Assembly: GCA_934644775.1 (NCBI GenBank)
Contig: CAKUDB010000011.1
Span: 1,118 to 65,117 of the forward strand
Length of the DNA stretch: 64,000 nt
DNA from: an uncultured bacterium
GTDB taxonomy: Bacteria; Vulcanimicrobiota; Xenobia; Xenobiales; Xenobiaceae
Reading direction: 5' to 3'
Part shown: positions 9,427 through 17,984 of the stretch, one piece after another
How positions within the stretch are numbered: the first letter of the stretch is position 1
Layout of the letters: each line of letters starts with the position of its first letter
The notes under the pieces: model-generated
Seen by the model: only the letters and a program-made list of their open reading frames with translations
The model's database searches: none
What the model was told of the DNA's origin: nothing
Position numbers and translations under genes: made by a program

Positions 9427-9570
9427 TGCCGGAACCTCCTAATATGTGTGTGAGCTAAACAAGTTTCTCTACCTAAAGGCAGAGAACTTAAAAGGTTAGA
9501 GAAAGAACCTTCTTTAACGCATTCGGCCCTGCTTCAAGAAAAAAATCCCCACTCCTTTTAGAGCTATTCA

Positions 9571-9615
9571 CTACCCAAAAGAAATACCGCCAAGCCCTAA
9601 CAAGAACTGGCGGTA
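9571..9615 (-). terminator. rho-independent terminator downstream of serS
   Basis: 8-bp stem TACCGCCA (9585-9592)/TGGCGGTA (9608-9615), followed on minus strand by TTTCTTTTGGG. Confidence 0.55.
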
Positions 9616-9645
9616 CCCCTCTAAGTAGTATGAAAAACTAGAGAA

Positions 9646-10938
9646 CTAGGCCTTTTTTATCTTGGGCAACAAGCGCTCCTGACCGCCCATATAAGGACGA
9701 AGGGCTTCAGGAATAACAACCGAGCCATCGGCTTCTTGGAAGTTTTCCAAAATAGCTACCATAGTACGACCAACAGCCAAACCGGAGCCATTCAAAGTGT
9801 GGACATATTCAGTGGGAGCAGAAGGCTCACGACGGAAACGCATATTGGCTCGTCTAGCTTGATAATCCCAACAATTAGAGCAAGAAGAGATCTCAATAAA
9901 GCGCTTCTGAGCTGGAGACCAAAACTCTAAGTCGTAAGTCTTGGAAGAAGAGAGGCCCATATCGCCAGCACAGAGCAACACCACCCGGTAAGGGATCCCC
10001 AAACCTTTCAAAACATCTTCGGCATTGTCAACCATCTTTTCTAACTCGTCGTTAGAAGTGTCGGGATTGACGATCTTGACCATTTCCACTTTGTTGAACT
10101 GATGGACGCGCACTAAACCGCGAGAATCGCGGCCGGCGGCTCCAGCTTCGGAGCGGAAGCAAGCTGTACAAGCGGTGTAGTAAATAGGCAAATCTTTGCC
10201 ATCAAGCACCTCTTCGCGGTGGATATTAGTTAAAGGCACTTCGGCGGTAGGAATTAAATATAAGTCGTTAGGAGAACAATGGAACAGATCTTCCTTGAAC
10301 TTAGGAAGCTGGCCGGTGGCATACAAAGTGTCGCTATTTACCAATACGGGAGGAAGCATCTCTTTGTAGCCGTGCTTCTGGGTGTGCAAATCGAGCATAT
10401 AAGTGTAGATAGCACGCTCTAAACGGGCTCCATCTCCGCAAAGTAACCAGAAACGAGAGCCGGAAAGCTTAATGGCTCTCTTACTATCTAAGATGCCTAA
10501 CTCTTCGCCAATATCCCAATGGGGCTTAACTTCAAAATCATATTCTTTGAAGTTGCCTACGCGGCGTACTTCTTTGTTGTAATCGGAATCGGGACCGTCA
10601 GGAATATCATCTTGAGGCAAATTGGGCAAGACTTCCACTAAATGGACTTGCTCTTCTTCGACAGCCACCTTTTCTGCATCGATAGCGGCAATCTGAGCGC
10701 CCACTTCGCGCATACGGGCAGAGTCGGCGCTAATATCTTCGCCAGCTTTTTTGCGTTTGCCCAAATCGGCCGACACGCTGTTGCGCTCTTTCTTGAGCTC
10801 GTCAGCTTTGGTAATCAGATCGCGACGCTTTACGTCGAGAGCCAAAATAGCGTCGATAGTTTCGGGCTTAATTCCGCGCCGTCCTAAAGCCTTCTTTACC
10901 CGATCAGTATCGCGGCGGATAAGTTTTACATCCAACAT
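9646..10938 (-). CDS. serS: serine--tRNA ligase
   Basis: 430 aa; MLDVKLIRRDTDRVKKAL coiled-coil N-terminal arm and class-II catalytic core (e.g. FRSEAGAAGRDSRGLVRVHQFNKVE). Confidence 0.92.
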   Translation of the reverse strand: MLDVKLIRRDTDRVKKALGRRGIKPETIDAILALDVKRRDLITKADELKKERNSVSADLGKRKKAGEDISADSARMREVGAQIAAIDAEKVAVEEEQVHLVEVLPNLPQDDIPDGPDSDYNKEVRRVGNFKEYDFEVKPHWDIGEELGILDSKRAIKLSGSRFWLLCGDGARLERAIYTYMLDLHTQKHGYKEMLPPVLVNSDTLYATGQLPKFKEDLFHCSPNDLYLIPTAEVPLTNIHREEVLDGKDLPIYYTACTACFRSEAGAAGRDSRGLVRVHQFNKVEMVKIVNPDTSNDELEKMVDNAEDVLKGLGIPYRVVLLCAGDMGLSSSKTYDLEFWSPAQKRFIEISSCSNCWDYQARRANMRFRREPSAPTEYVHTLNGSGLAVGRTMVAILENFQEADGSVVIPEALRPYMGGQERLLPKIKKA

Positions 10939-10969
10939 TTTTATTCTACCTCTTTTCTAAAGCGGCAAA

Positions 10970-10998
10970 AGTCTACACTTAATTGACGTGCTTGGCAA
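10970..10998 (-). promoter_or_regulatory. candidate serS promoter (TTGCCA-17-TAGACT) in the 77-nt gap after the pilT-like gene
   Basis: Minus-strand TTGCCA (10998..10993), 17-nt spacer, TAGACT (10975..10970); AAGAGGTAG RBS before the ATG. Confidence 0.4.
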
Positions 10999-11015
10999 GT
11001 TCTTACTATGCAAAG

Positions 11016-12083
11016 CTAGTAAGGCAAACTCATAATCTTCTTGAAATCTTCGGGACGGCTGCTTTGACGCACGGCTTCTTCCATAGTGACAATATTTTTG
11101 CGTACCAGGAAACGCAAAGCCATTTCCTGAGTTTGCATACCGTGATCGCGAGCCGAAGCGGACATATAAGGGCCGATTTGGGCAATTTTGTTTTCGCGCA
11201 GCAACTCTTTGAGCTTACCTGTAGAAACGAGCAACTCAAAAGCTGGCATCAAACCTTCGCCAGAAGCTTTACGCAACAAAACCTGACTAACGATAACTTT
11301 TAGACCCAAAGCTAAGTTGTTGCGACAAAACTGAGCTAAGTGGGGCGGATAAGACTCAATAATCTTTTCCAACATGGTCTGAACACTGGAAGCTACTGAA
11401 GAGGCAATTACCAAAGTGCCCGAGGCAGCTAAGTTGATGGCTTGCTGGATCACTTCTTGACTTTCTAAGTTAGAAACGACCACGACATCGGCACCTTGGC
11501 GGGGAAGCGCCGCAAAAGCTTCCTTATAGCCGACTACATCGGTGCCAATTTCCCGCTGACAAATAACCCCTTTTTGATTGCGATGTAAAAATTCCAGAGG
11601 CTCTTCCAGAGAGACGATCTGACAACAGCGAGTCTCCAGAAGAAAATTTACCAAAGCGGCTAATGTGTTACTCTTACCCGACTGTTTGGGGCCGCAAACC
11701 AACACTAAGCCCGAACTAGCTTCAGATAGTTGATTTTTGACCAGATCGGGAATGCTTAAATTCTCTAAAGTTGGAGCTGAAGGGGGGTTAGTCGAAACTA
11801 CGCAAGCAACAGAACCGCGCTGCCGATAGACATTGACCCGGAACCTAGATAAGCCAGGTACGGAGAAGGCGAAATTGCACTCTAGACGCTCTTCAAATTC
11901 GTCTTGCAAATCGTCGTTCATAATAGCGCGACTAAAGGCCTCTGTGTCAGCTGTACTTAAAGTCGGCCCATCCATACTGACCAATTGATTATTGATACGC
12001 ATAAGAATGGGACTGCCGGGAACTAGGTGCAAATGAGACGCCCTACGTTCAACCATACTGGTAAATAATTCTTCAACGTTCAT
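11016..12083 (-). CDS. PilT-family ATPase paralog with degenerate catalytic motifs (predicted inactive, pseudo-ATPase)
   Basis: The PilT N-terminal domain and fold are kept and Walker A is GPKQSGKS, but Walker B DVVVVSNLES replaces the GEMRD consensus (catalytic Glu and Arg lost), the Asp box is LEEPLEF, and the His box TLHTNSA is replaced by VIASSVASSV. Confidence 0.8.
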   Translation of the reverse strand: MNVEELFTSMVERRASHLHLVPGSPILMRINNQLVSMDGPTLSTADTEAFSRAIMNDDLQDEFEERLECNFAFSVPGLSRFRVNVYRQRGSVACVVSTNPPSAPTLENLSIPDLVKNQLSEASSGLVLVCGPKQSGKSNTLAALVNFLLETRCCQIVSLEEPLEFLHRNQKGVICQREIGTDVVGYKEAFAALPRQGADVVVVSNLESQEVIQQAINLAASGTLVIASSVASSVQTMLEKIIESYPPHLAQFCRNNLALGLKVIVSQVLLRKASGEGLMPAFELLVSTGKLKELLRENKIAQIGPYMSASARDHGMQTQEMALRFLVRKNIVTMEEAVRQSSRPEDFKKIMSLPY

Positions 12084-12184
12084 TTTAAACTGTACCTTTC
12101 TTAATTCTCAGCCAATCTTCCGGAGCAGCCTTCTTGGAGCAACCTTTTAAGCGACTTTCCTTCTCCGTTTCTATCGAAAGTTAA

Positions 12185-13306
12185 TTACGATTCAGACGCA
12201 GGTGCAGGAGCGCTCACCGCATTGGGATTAGTAATTAAACGGTTAAATTCTTCGGGACTGTGAGCTTTAGAAAGGCCCTCTTCATAGGTAATTAGTCCTT
12301 GCTGGTAAAGGTTGCGCAGCGACATATCGAAACTCATCATACCGAACTGTCTTCCAGTTTGAATAGCACTGGGAATCTGGTGAGTTTTACCCTCACGAAT
12401 TAAGTTGCGCACAGCTGGAATCATAGGCATAAGCTCCATAGCCATAACGCGACCGCCGCCCTTGGCCTTAGGCAATAGACTTTGGCACATGACGCCTTCT
12501 AAGCATACGGACAACTGCATACGTACTTGCTGTTGCTGGTGGGGAGGGAAAATATCGATAACGCGGTCTACGGTGGAGGCAGCAGAATTGGTGTGCAAAG
12601 TAGCTAACACCAAGTGACCAGTTTCGGCGGCGGAGATAGCGATCTGGGTAGTTTCCAGATCGCGCATTTCACCGATAAGAATCACGTCGGGGTCTTGACG
12701 CAAGACGTGTTTCAAGGCCATAGCAAAACTGTGGGTATCGGCACCAACTTCACGCTGACAAATGACCGAGTTTTTATCCTTATGCAAAAATTCGATAGGG
12801 TCTTCACAAGTGACGATATGGCAGCGACGCGACTCATTGATATGATCGATCATGGCGGCTAAGGTGGTAGATTTACCCGAACCTGTAGGGCCTGTAACTA
12901 AGACTAAACCACGTGGACGCATGGCCAGATCAGCTACCGTTTGCGGCATCTTTAATTCTTCCAACGTAAGAGGGCGCGAAGGGATTACACGCAAAGCTGC
13001 TCCCCAAGTTCCGCGCTGCAGGTAAATATTGACACGGAAACGAGACAGACCGGGGATACTATAAGCTAAGTCCAACTCTTTATCGGCAATAAATTTTGCC
13101 TTCTGTTCGTCAGTCAGAATGCTTTCACAAAGGCGACGCACAGTAGTGGCGTCGAGTATTTCATAAGTAGCGGGAGTTAGTTCTCCGTCGACACGGATCA
13201 TGGGAGCACTGCCAACTTTGATATGTAAATCGGAAGCTCCGCGCTCCACCATAGTAGTTAACAAATCGTCTAATGCAAGTTCATGCGAGTCAAGAAGACT
13301 GTCCAT
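12185..13306 (-). CDS. pilT: type IV pilus twitching-motility (retraction) ATPase PilT, canonical
   Basis: GPTGSGKSTT Walker A, IEDPIEF Asp box, DVILIGEMRDLET Walker B, TLHTNSAAST His box; AAGGTGA RBS 5 nt before ATG 13306. Confidence 0.9.
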   Translation of the reverse strand: MDSLLDSHELALDDLLTTMVERGASDLHIKVGSAPMIRVDGELTPATYEILDATTVRRLCESILTDEQKAKFIADKELDLAYSIPGLSRFRVNIYLQRGTWGAALRVIPSRPLTLEELKMPQTVADLAMRPRGLVLVTGPTGSGKSTTLAAMIDHINESRRCHIVTCEDPIEFLHKDKNSVICQREVGADTHSFAMALKHVLRQDPDVILIGEMRDLETTQIAISAAETGHLVLATLHTNSAASTVDRVIDIFPPHQQQQVRMQLSVCLEGVMCQSLLPKAKGGGRVMAMELMPMIPAVRNLIREGKTHQIPSAIQTGRQFGMMSFDMSLRNLYQQGLITYEEGLSKAHSPEEFNRLITNPNAVSAPAPASES

Positions 13307-13470
13307 CTATTCACCTTTACAGCAAGACTGAAAGCAGCGAACTAACTCCAGTCTCAGATTACAACAAACCGCCCTCCCCTTCGAGAATTTCAATTTTTCG
13401 CCTGCCTGGAAAACCTAAATGGGAAGATAGTTGCAGCAGGTTCGCCTATAAAGGAGACGAAAGGGGCAGC

Positions 13471-14616
13471 GTGTCTGAATTAACCGATTTACAAGAGTTT
13501 TTAAAAAGCGATCTACCGGTTTTAGAATTTAATCAAGCCGACTTTCCCACTTTAGCCTCCCAAAATCGCCAAGAAGAATGGCTTCGTTTGGCAGCCAATA
13601 ATTTGCGCGGCTTCAGTAAGCAACCTTGTGTAGTCAGGCGTCATACTACATATAACGAAGTACAAACTGAAGTCAGGCGCTGGAGTGAAGAGAATTTTCT
13701 ACCTATAAAAGGTCAAGATGAAGCTATTAGCACCCTTTTTATGGGAGAGAGCGCTAGTCTTTACCAAAGTGTTTTAGACGGACAGCGCCTTTTGCGTCAC
13801 GATCCCGGCGATGAAATAGTTGAAGATATTTACATATATAACAAAATCGACAATCCGTTGGGGATCCAATTGGAGTCGGTGCGCTGCCTAGTTATCGATA
13901 GACTATACGAAGTAGGTTATCTCAATTGGCCTTGTTTAAGTACGGCCGAACGGCTGGCTTTAGTAGCTCACAAAAGCGGCACTCTCGAAGCTAAACAAGC
14001 TTTAAATTCACTCTATGAAGGCGACCAAACTTCTACGCTAGAGATGTTTTTGGGCCATACTACTAACGAAAAAGTCAGGCAAGAGATTTGGGAAGCGGGC
14101 AAGCGAGGTAAATTTCGCCTGAACACTAAGGCTATGTTATGGCTTTTAAAACGTCCCGACTGGAATACTAATAGTTGCGTCACTTTTATGGCTCTAGGTA
14201 TAGCGGCAGAACATCCCCAAGAGACGTCTAAGCTTATGCTCCATCCCAACAATTTAATACGCCTTCACTTAGCCGATCTTATCGATAATACAGAAGTATT
14301 GTTAGAATGGTTAAGCTGGGAAGATAATCCAGCCGTGCGCCGTCGCATCTTGTTGAGCTTACAAAGGACGACCTCTCCAGCAGCTCTAGTTTCTAAAATA
14401 AAAAATGCCCAAAAGGTGGAATTGGCAGCGACCAAAGGAGAAAAAGGCCAAGTTAATTACGAAGTTATAGGCTGGGTATTAGCCAATTGGCGTCAGGGCT
14501 TTATAGATGAAAGTATTAAACTGGCCTTACAAGAAGCCACCACCTTGCCCATAGGTGATAATAATCAAAAAAAGATAAAGGATTTAATAAAACAATATGC
14601 TTTTATTAAATCCTAA
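13471..14616 (+). CDS. hypothetical protein (no recognisable domain)
   Basis: Track ORF 13273..14616 overlaps the pilT start on the other strand; GTG at 13471 (in frame) has an AAAGGGG RBS 5 nt upstream and is the more likely start. Codon usage matches neighbours. Confidence 0.5.
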   Translation: MSELTDLQEFLKSDLPVLEFNQADFPTLASQNRQEEWLRLAANNLRGFSKQPCVVRRHTTYNEVQTEVRRWSEENFLPIKGQDEAISTLFMGESASLYQSVLDGQRLLRHDPGDEIVEDIYIYNKIDNPLGIQLESVRCLVIDRLYEVGYLNWPCLSTAERLALVAHKSGTLEAKQALNSLYEGDQTSTLEMFLGHTTNEKVRQEIWEAGKRGKFRLNTKAMLWLLKRPDWNTNSCVTFMALGIAAEHPQETSKLMLHPNNLIRLHLADLIDNTEVLLEWLSWEDNPAVRRRILLSLQRTTSPAALVSKIKNAQKVELAATKGEKGQVNYEVIGWVLANWRQGFIDESIKLALQEATTLPIGDNNQKKIKDLIKQYAFIKS

Positions 14617-14644
14617 ATATTGATTAAAATTGCTAAATTCTTTT

Positions 14645-15415
14645 TTAGTCTAGAGCTCTCTCGACAATTTTAGCTTCTGCTACCTGTTTTACCAACTGGG
14701 AAGAGTGAGAAGCCAAAATTAGGCTGCCGTAGGCGTCTTCCAACTTAGGCATTAAGCTTTGTACTTTCCGAGCTTGCTCAGCTAAAGTTTCTCGATCTTC
14801 ATCGTAGTCAATAAGTTCTTTAGCTCCGTTGATAACTTCTTCTTGAAGATGGCGAGCTTTATCTTCTAGAGAGGTAAAAAGTTTAGTCAATTCTTGCAAA
14901 GAGGCAGCGAATTGCTCACCACTCTCTTTATTTTGCCAAGCAGCCGAGCCTAAAGCGCAGATAATATCTTTACTATTATAGAGATCGTCTCCAGTAGCGA
15001 CAGCCTGGACACGAGCCGTAATATCATTGAAGGAGTTGATACCGCTCATAATAAGTTGGATACCGACTCTCAATCCCAGTTCTTCTTCACTGTTGACAAA
15101 GGCCTCAAATTGCATAAGGCCTAAGTGAATCATATAATACGTATCGTCAATACTGGAAGCTAAAGAATTTAGGTAACTCTTCTCGGCTTCGTTCTCCGGG
15201 ATGGATTTTAACTCATTTCTGACCTGAGCATAAGCCTCTTCTATCGTTTTAAATATATCGTAAGCACCTTGCAAAAAAGCTTCAGGCGTTATTTCTTGCT
15301 TGCTGACTTGAGCAACCAGTTTAAGTAAACCGCTATATTTTGACGTATCAGCTGCACCAGCAGCGGGAGAGGTCAATTCTTTTTCCGACTGTTGCTCGGA
15401 AGCCAAAGAATCCAT
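14645..15415 (-). CDS. hypothetical alpha-helical protein, paralog of 17074..17877
   Basis: 256 aa; shares DDTYYMIHLGLMQFEAF...LRVGIQLI with DDSYYIFKLAVMQLEMY...IRVGLMLI of the downstream paralog. Confidence 0.6.
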   Translation of the reverse strand: MDSLASEQQSEKELTSPAAGAADTSKYSGLLKLVAQVSKQEITPEAFLQGAYDIFKTIEEAYAQVRNELKSIPENEAEKSYLNSLASSIDDTYYMIHLGLMQFEAFVNSEEELGLRVGIQLIMSGINSFNDITARVQAVATGDDLYNSKDIICALGSAAWQNKESGEQFAASLQELTKLFTSLEDKARHLQEEVINGAKELIDYDEDRETLAEQARKVQSLMPKLEDAYGSLILASHSSQLVKQVAEAKIVERALD

Positions 15416-15589
15416 AGTAACTCCTCCAATAGTGTCAGTTAATGGCCCGCCAAGTTTCTATCGACAAGATCTTGGCCATTGTCCTTAATAATATACCCCC
15501 ACTCTACTTTTTTCTTTTCTGCTCTAACAAGGAGGGCCCCTTGTGTCTCGATCTCTAAAATATTCTCATTTAGCCAACGAAACCTGGCC

Positions 15590-15638
15590 ATTAAACCCAA
15601 AGAGAAGGGAGCCGCCTAAGAGCATTCCGGCGGCTCCC
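15590..15638 (-). terminator. rho-independent terminator downstream of 15697..16959
   Basis: Perfect 10-bp stem GGGAGCCGCC (15607-15616)/GGCGGCTCCC (15629-15638); TTCTCTTTGGG follows on minus strand. Confidence 0.6.
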
Positions 15639-15696
15639 TCCTTTTCCTACTATCTGCTTACGCTACCTCTCCACAATATAGTAGCATTTTTTCAGA

Positions 15697-16959
15697 TTAG
15701 CTAAAAAGATCGTAACCGAACTTGGCAATTTCAGCTACAGCAGCTACACCCAAAGCCACAGCAGCTACAGGAGCGCCTACACCAGTCATAGCCGCAACTC
15801 CGGCTACGGTAGTAGCCACACCTGATACTGTGCTTAATGAGCCCTTAACGATCTTATCAGTAGCTTCCTTATCGTTGCTCTTGTCGCCATCATTTTTGGC
15901 TTGTACGCCTTCAACAATATCTTTGACGCCTCCGGCAGTACCAAGAACGCCACCAGCTACGCCCAAGACGGGCACAACCTTGGAAGCAGTGCCGGCTACA
16001 CCACTAAGTTTACTAGCAGCCTTAGTGGCAGTAGAAACGGCGGCACCAGTTTCGGAAGCAGCAGCTACCTTAGTAGCAGCTTTAGTACCGATACTACCTA
16101 TGGTGTTAAGAGCAGTACCAGCAAAGTCGCTGGTGGTCTTAGCATAACTAAGGCCGTCTACTTTTTCGCCATTAAGCAAACTGGCTGTATCACTTACGAA
16201 ACCGATCACATCGGCGGCATCGCCAAACACGCCCATAGTTTTACCGCCAAAATCGCTGAACTTTTCAAGCTTCTTGGCCACATCGGTCGCTTTGTCGGCA
16301 TCTTTAAGAGCATCAGAAGTCTTGCCTGCAGCCTTCTGAACTTTGCCAAACTTATCACGAGCTCCCTCAGTTGTGTCGTAGATGTCACCAACAACTTCAC
16401 CGGCACTCTTGCCGTCTTTCTTGTCTTCAGCTTTTTCGCCTTCAGCCTTTTCGCCTTCGGCCTTTTTGCTACCGACAGCGTGGCTGCCAGTGTTAAGGGC
16501 ATTATTTAAGCTGACAAAATCTTTGGTGCTACCAACTTTGACGGCAGCCTGGTTAAACAAATCGTCAGATAGACTCTTGGAGACTTTTTCGTCGCCGCTG
16601 AAGGCACCCTTAGAAGCAGAATCGTTCTTTAATAAGGTGCTTACCTGATCGGAACCAGCTCCGCTGCGAACAGCCCCCTCAACTTTGGATTTAAGATTTA
16701 CATCGTCTTTAGCTTTGGCAGCTTCATTCTTTTGAGTCTGCTGAGCTTGCTTCTTCTCTTGAGCTTTCTTTTGCTCTTCGGCCTTCTTCTTAGCCTCGGC
16801 CCGTTTGCGTTCTTCGGCTTTTCTTCTTTCTTCGGCCTTTCTAGCTTCTTCAGCCCGACGCTGTTCTTCAGCCCGGCGCTGAGCTTCTATTTGCTGAGCA
16901 TACGCAGATGCCGAACTACTATTTACTCCACTTACCGCCATAATAATCACCCGTCCCAT
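15697..16959 (-). CDS. hypothetical protein with N-terminal highly charged KAEE/RRAEE coiled-coil repeats and Gly/Ala-rich glycine-zipper C-terminal helices
   Basis: AEEQRRAEEARKAEERRKAEERKRAEAKKKAEEQKK in the N-terminus; GVAGGVLGTAGGV...GVAAMTGVGAPVAAVALGVAAVAEIA in the C-terminus. Confidence 0.65.
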   Translation of the reverse strand: MGRVIIMAVSGVNSSSASAYAQQIEAQRRAEEQRRAEEARKAEERRKAEERKRAEAKKKAEEQKKAQEKKQAQQTQKNEAAKAKDDVNLKSKVEGAVRSGAGSDQVSTLLKNDSASKGAFSGDEKVSKSLSDDLFNQAAVKVGSTKDFVSLNNALNTGSHAVGSKKAEGEKAEGEKAEDKKDGKSAGEVVGDIYDTTEGARDKFGKVQKAAGKTSDALKDADKATDVAKKLEKFSDFGGKTMGVFGDAADVIGFVSDTASLLNGEKVDGLSYAKTTSDFAGTALNTIGSIGTKAATKVAAASETGAAVSTATKAASKLSGVAGTASKVVPVLGVAGGVLGTAGGVKDIVEGVQAKNDGDKSNDKEATDKIVKGSLSTVSGVATTVAGVAAMTGVGAPVAAVALGVAAVAEIAKFGYDLFS

Positions 16960-17073
16960 CTGGTCGTAATTGACTTATAAATACCGCAATCGAGCTTATT
17001 TGTCTAGATTTTAGGAGGCCTCTTTGGTCAAGTTAACATTTATTTTACACAAACAGAACTAGCCTTCTTTAGC

Positions 17074-17877
17074 TTAGGGCTCATCAGAGTGGACAGCCAT
17101 TATAGCTTTAACCCAATACTCATTGGCTTTGGTGGAAGCTTCTCGCGTATCTAAGAGCGCTTCGTAATTTTGACCGTTAAATTTTTGAGCTTGTTCTAAA
17201 GCTTCATGGAAAGAGCGACAACCTTCAGTTAAACATTCGCTAAGTACATCGTCGGCACTACATATGGCGTCAAAATAATTATCGGCGTCTAAAGTTCCAT
17301 TGACATACGCATTGATAGAAGGAACTAAAAGATCTTTATTGTCGATAACATCGGGATCTTGTTGATTTTTAGCATAAGTTAAAAGCCAGCTGAGCCCCTG
17401 ATAAGCTTGTTTTATAAGCATAAGGCCTACTCTTATGGGTTGCAAATTGCCAGGAGCATACATTTCCAACTGCATAACAGCCAACTTAAAAATGTAATAA
17501 GAGTCGTCGCGACGCATCTTTAAAGCTTTTACAGCCTTAGGATCCCCTGTTTCTTCTATAAAAGCACCTACTTGAGCATATAATTCTTCAAAATCTTCCA
17601 CTACCGGAGCCAGCGAAAACTTAAACTTGTCACTATCGACCGCTGTATCCACAGCTTTATACAAGCAAGCGCTTAGAGAACGCAGACAATCTTTAGGGTC
17701 GAGGTAAGCAAAATCGCCTCCCTCACTTCGGCGGGCCGCCGCTGGAAGCTCCCAATTACTCTGACTACCGAAAAAACCTTGTACGGCTAAAGGGCGTCCG
17801 GTGCCACATTCTTGACAGATAGATTCGCCAATACTATTGCGGGAACCACAGACAAAACAGATCCAATCGGTGCTCAT
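17074..17877 (-). CDS. hypothetical protein: N-terminal zinc ribbon (CxxC-x10-CxxC) plus helical domain paralogous to 14645..15415
   Basis: MSTDWICFVCGSRNSIGESICQECG at the N-terminus, then the shared paralog motifs. Confidence 0.65.
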   Translation of the reverse strand: MSTDWICFVCGSRNSIGESICQECGTGRPLAVQGFFGSQSNWELPAAARRSEGGDFAYLDPKDCLRSLSACLYKAVDTAVDSDKFKFSLAPVVEDFEELYAQVGAFIEETGDPKAVKALKMRRDDSYYIFKLAVMQLEMYAPGNLQPIRVGLMLIKQAYQGLSWLLTYAKNQQDPDVIDNKDLLVPSINAYVNGTLDADNYFDAICSADDVLSECLTEGCRSFHEALEQAQKFNGQNYEALLDTREASTKANEYWVKAIMAVHSDEP

Positions 17878-17984
17878 AAGAACAGTCTCCTTTTATTCCA
17901 AGCTCGTCACCAACCCCAGCGAGCTTAACCAATTGTAAAAAAATTAGTCTAACCCCAAGCGATCCCTGCTAGCCCCCCCCAAAG

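Noticed and set aside
13273-13470. Longer 447-aa version of the divergent hypothetical ORF starting at ATG 13273
   Set aside because: It overlaps the pilT N-terminal codons on the opposite strand by 34 nt and lacks an RBS; GTG 13471 has AAAGGGG 5 nt upstream
15722-16648. Plus-strand ORFs (141, 202, 88 aa) antisense to the KAEE/Gly-zipper gene
   Set aside because: Low-complexity Ala/Thr/Ser translations are mirror artefacts of the GC-skewed repeat-rich sense gene; no RBS
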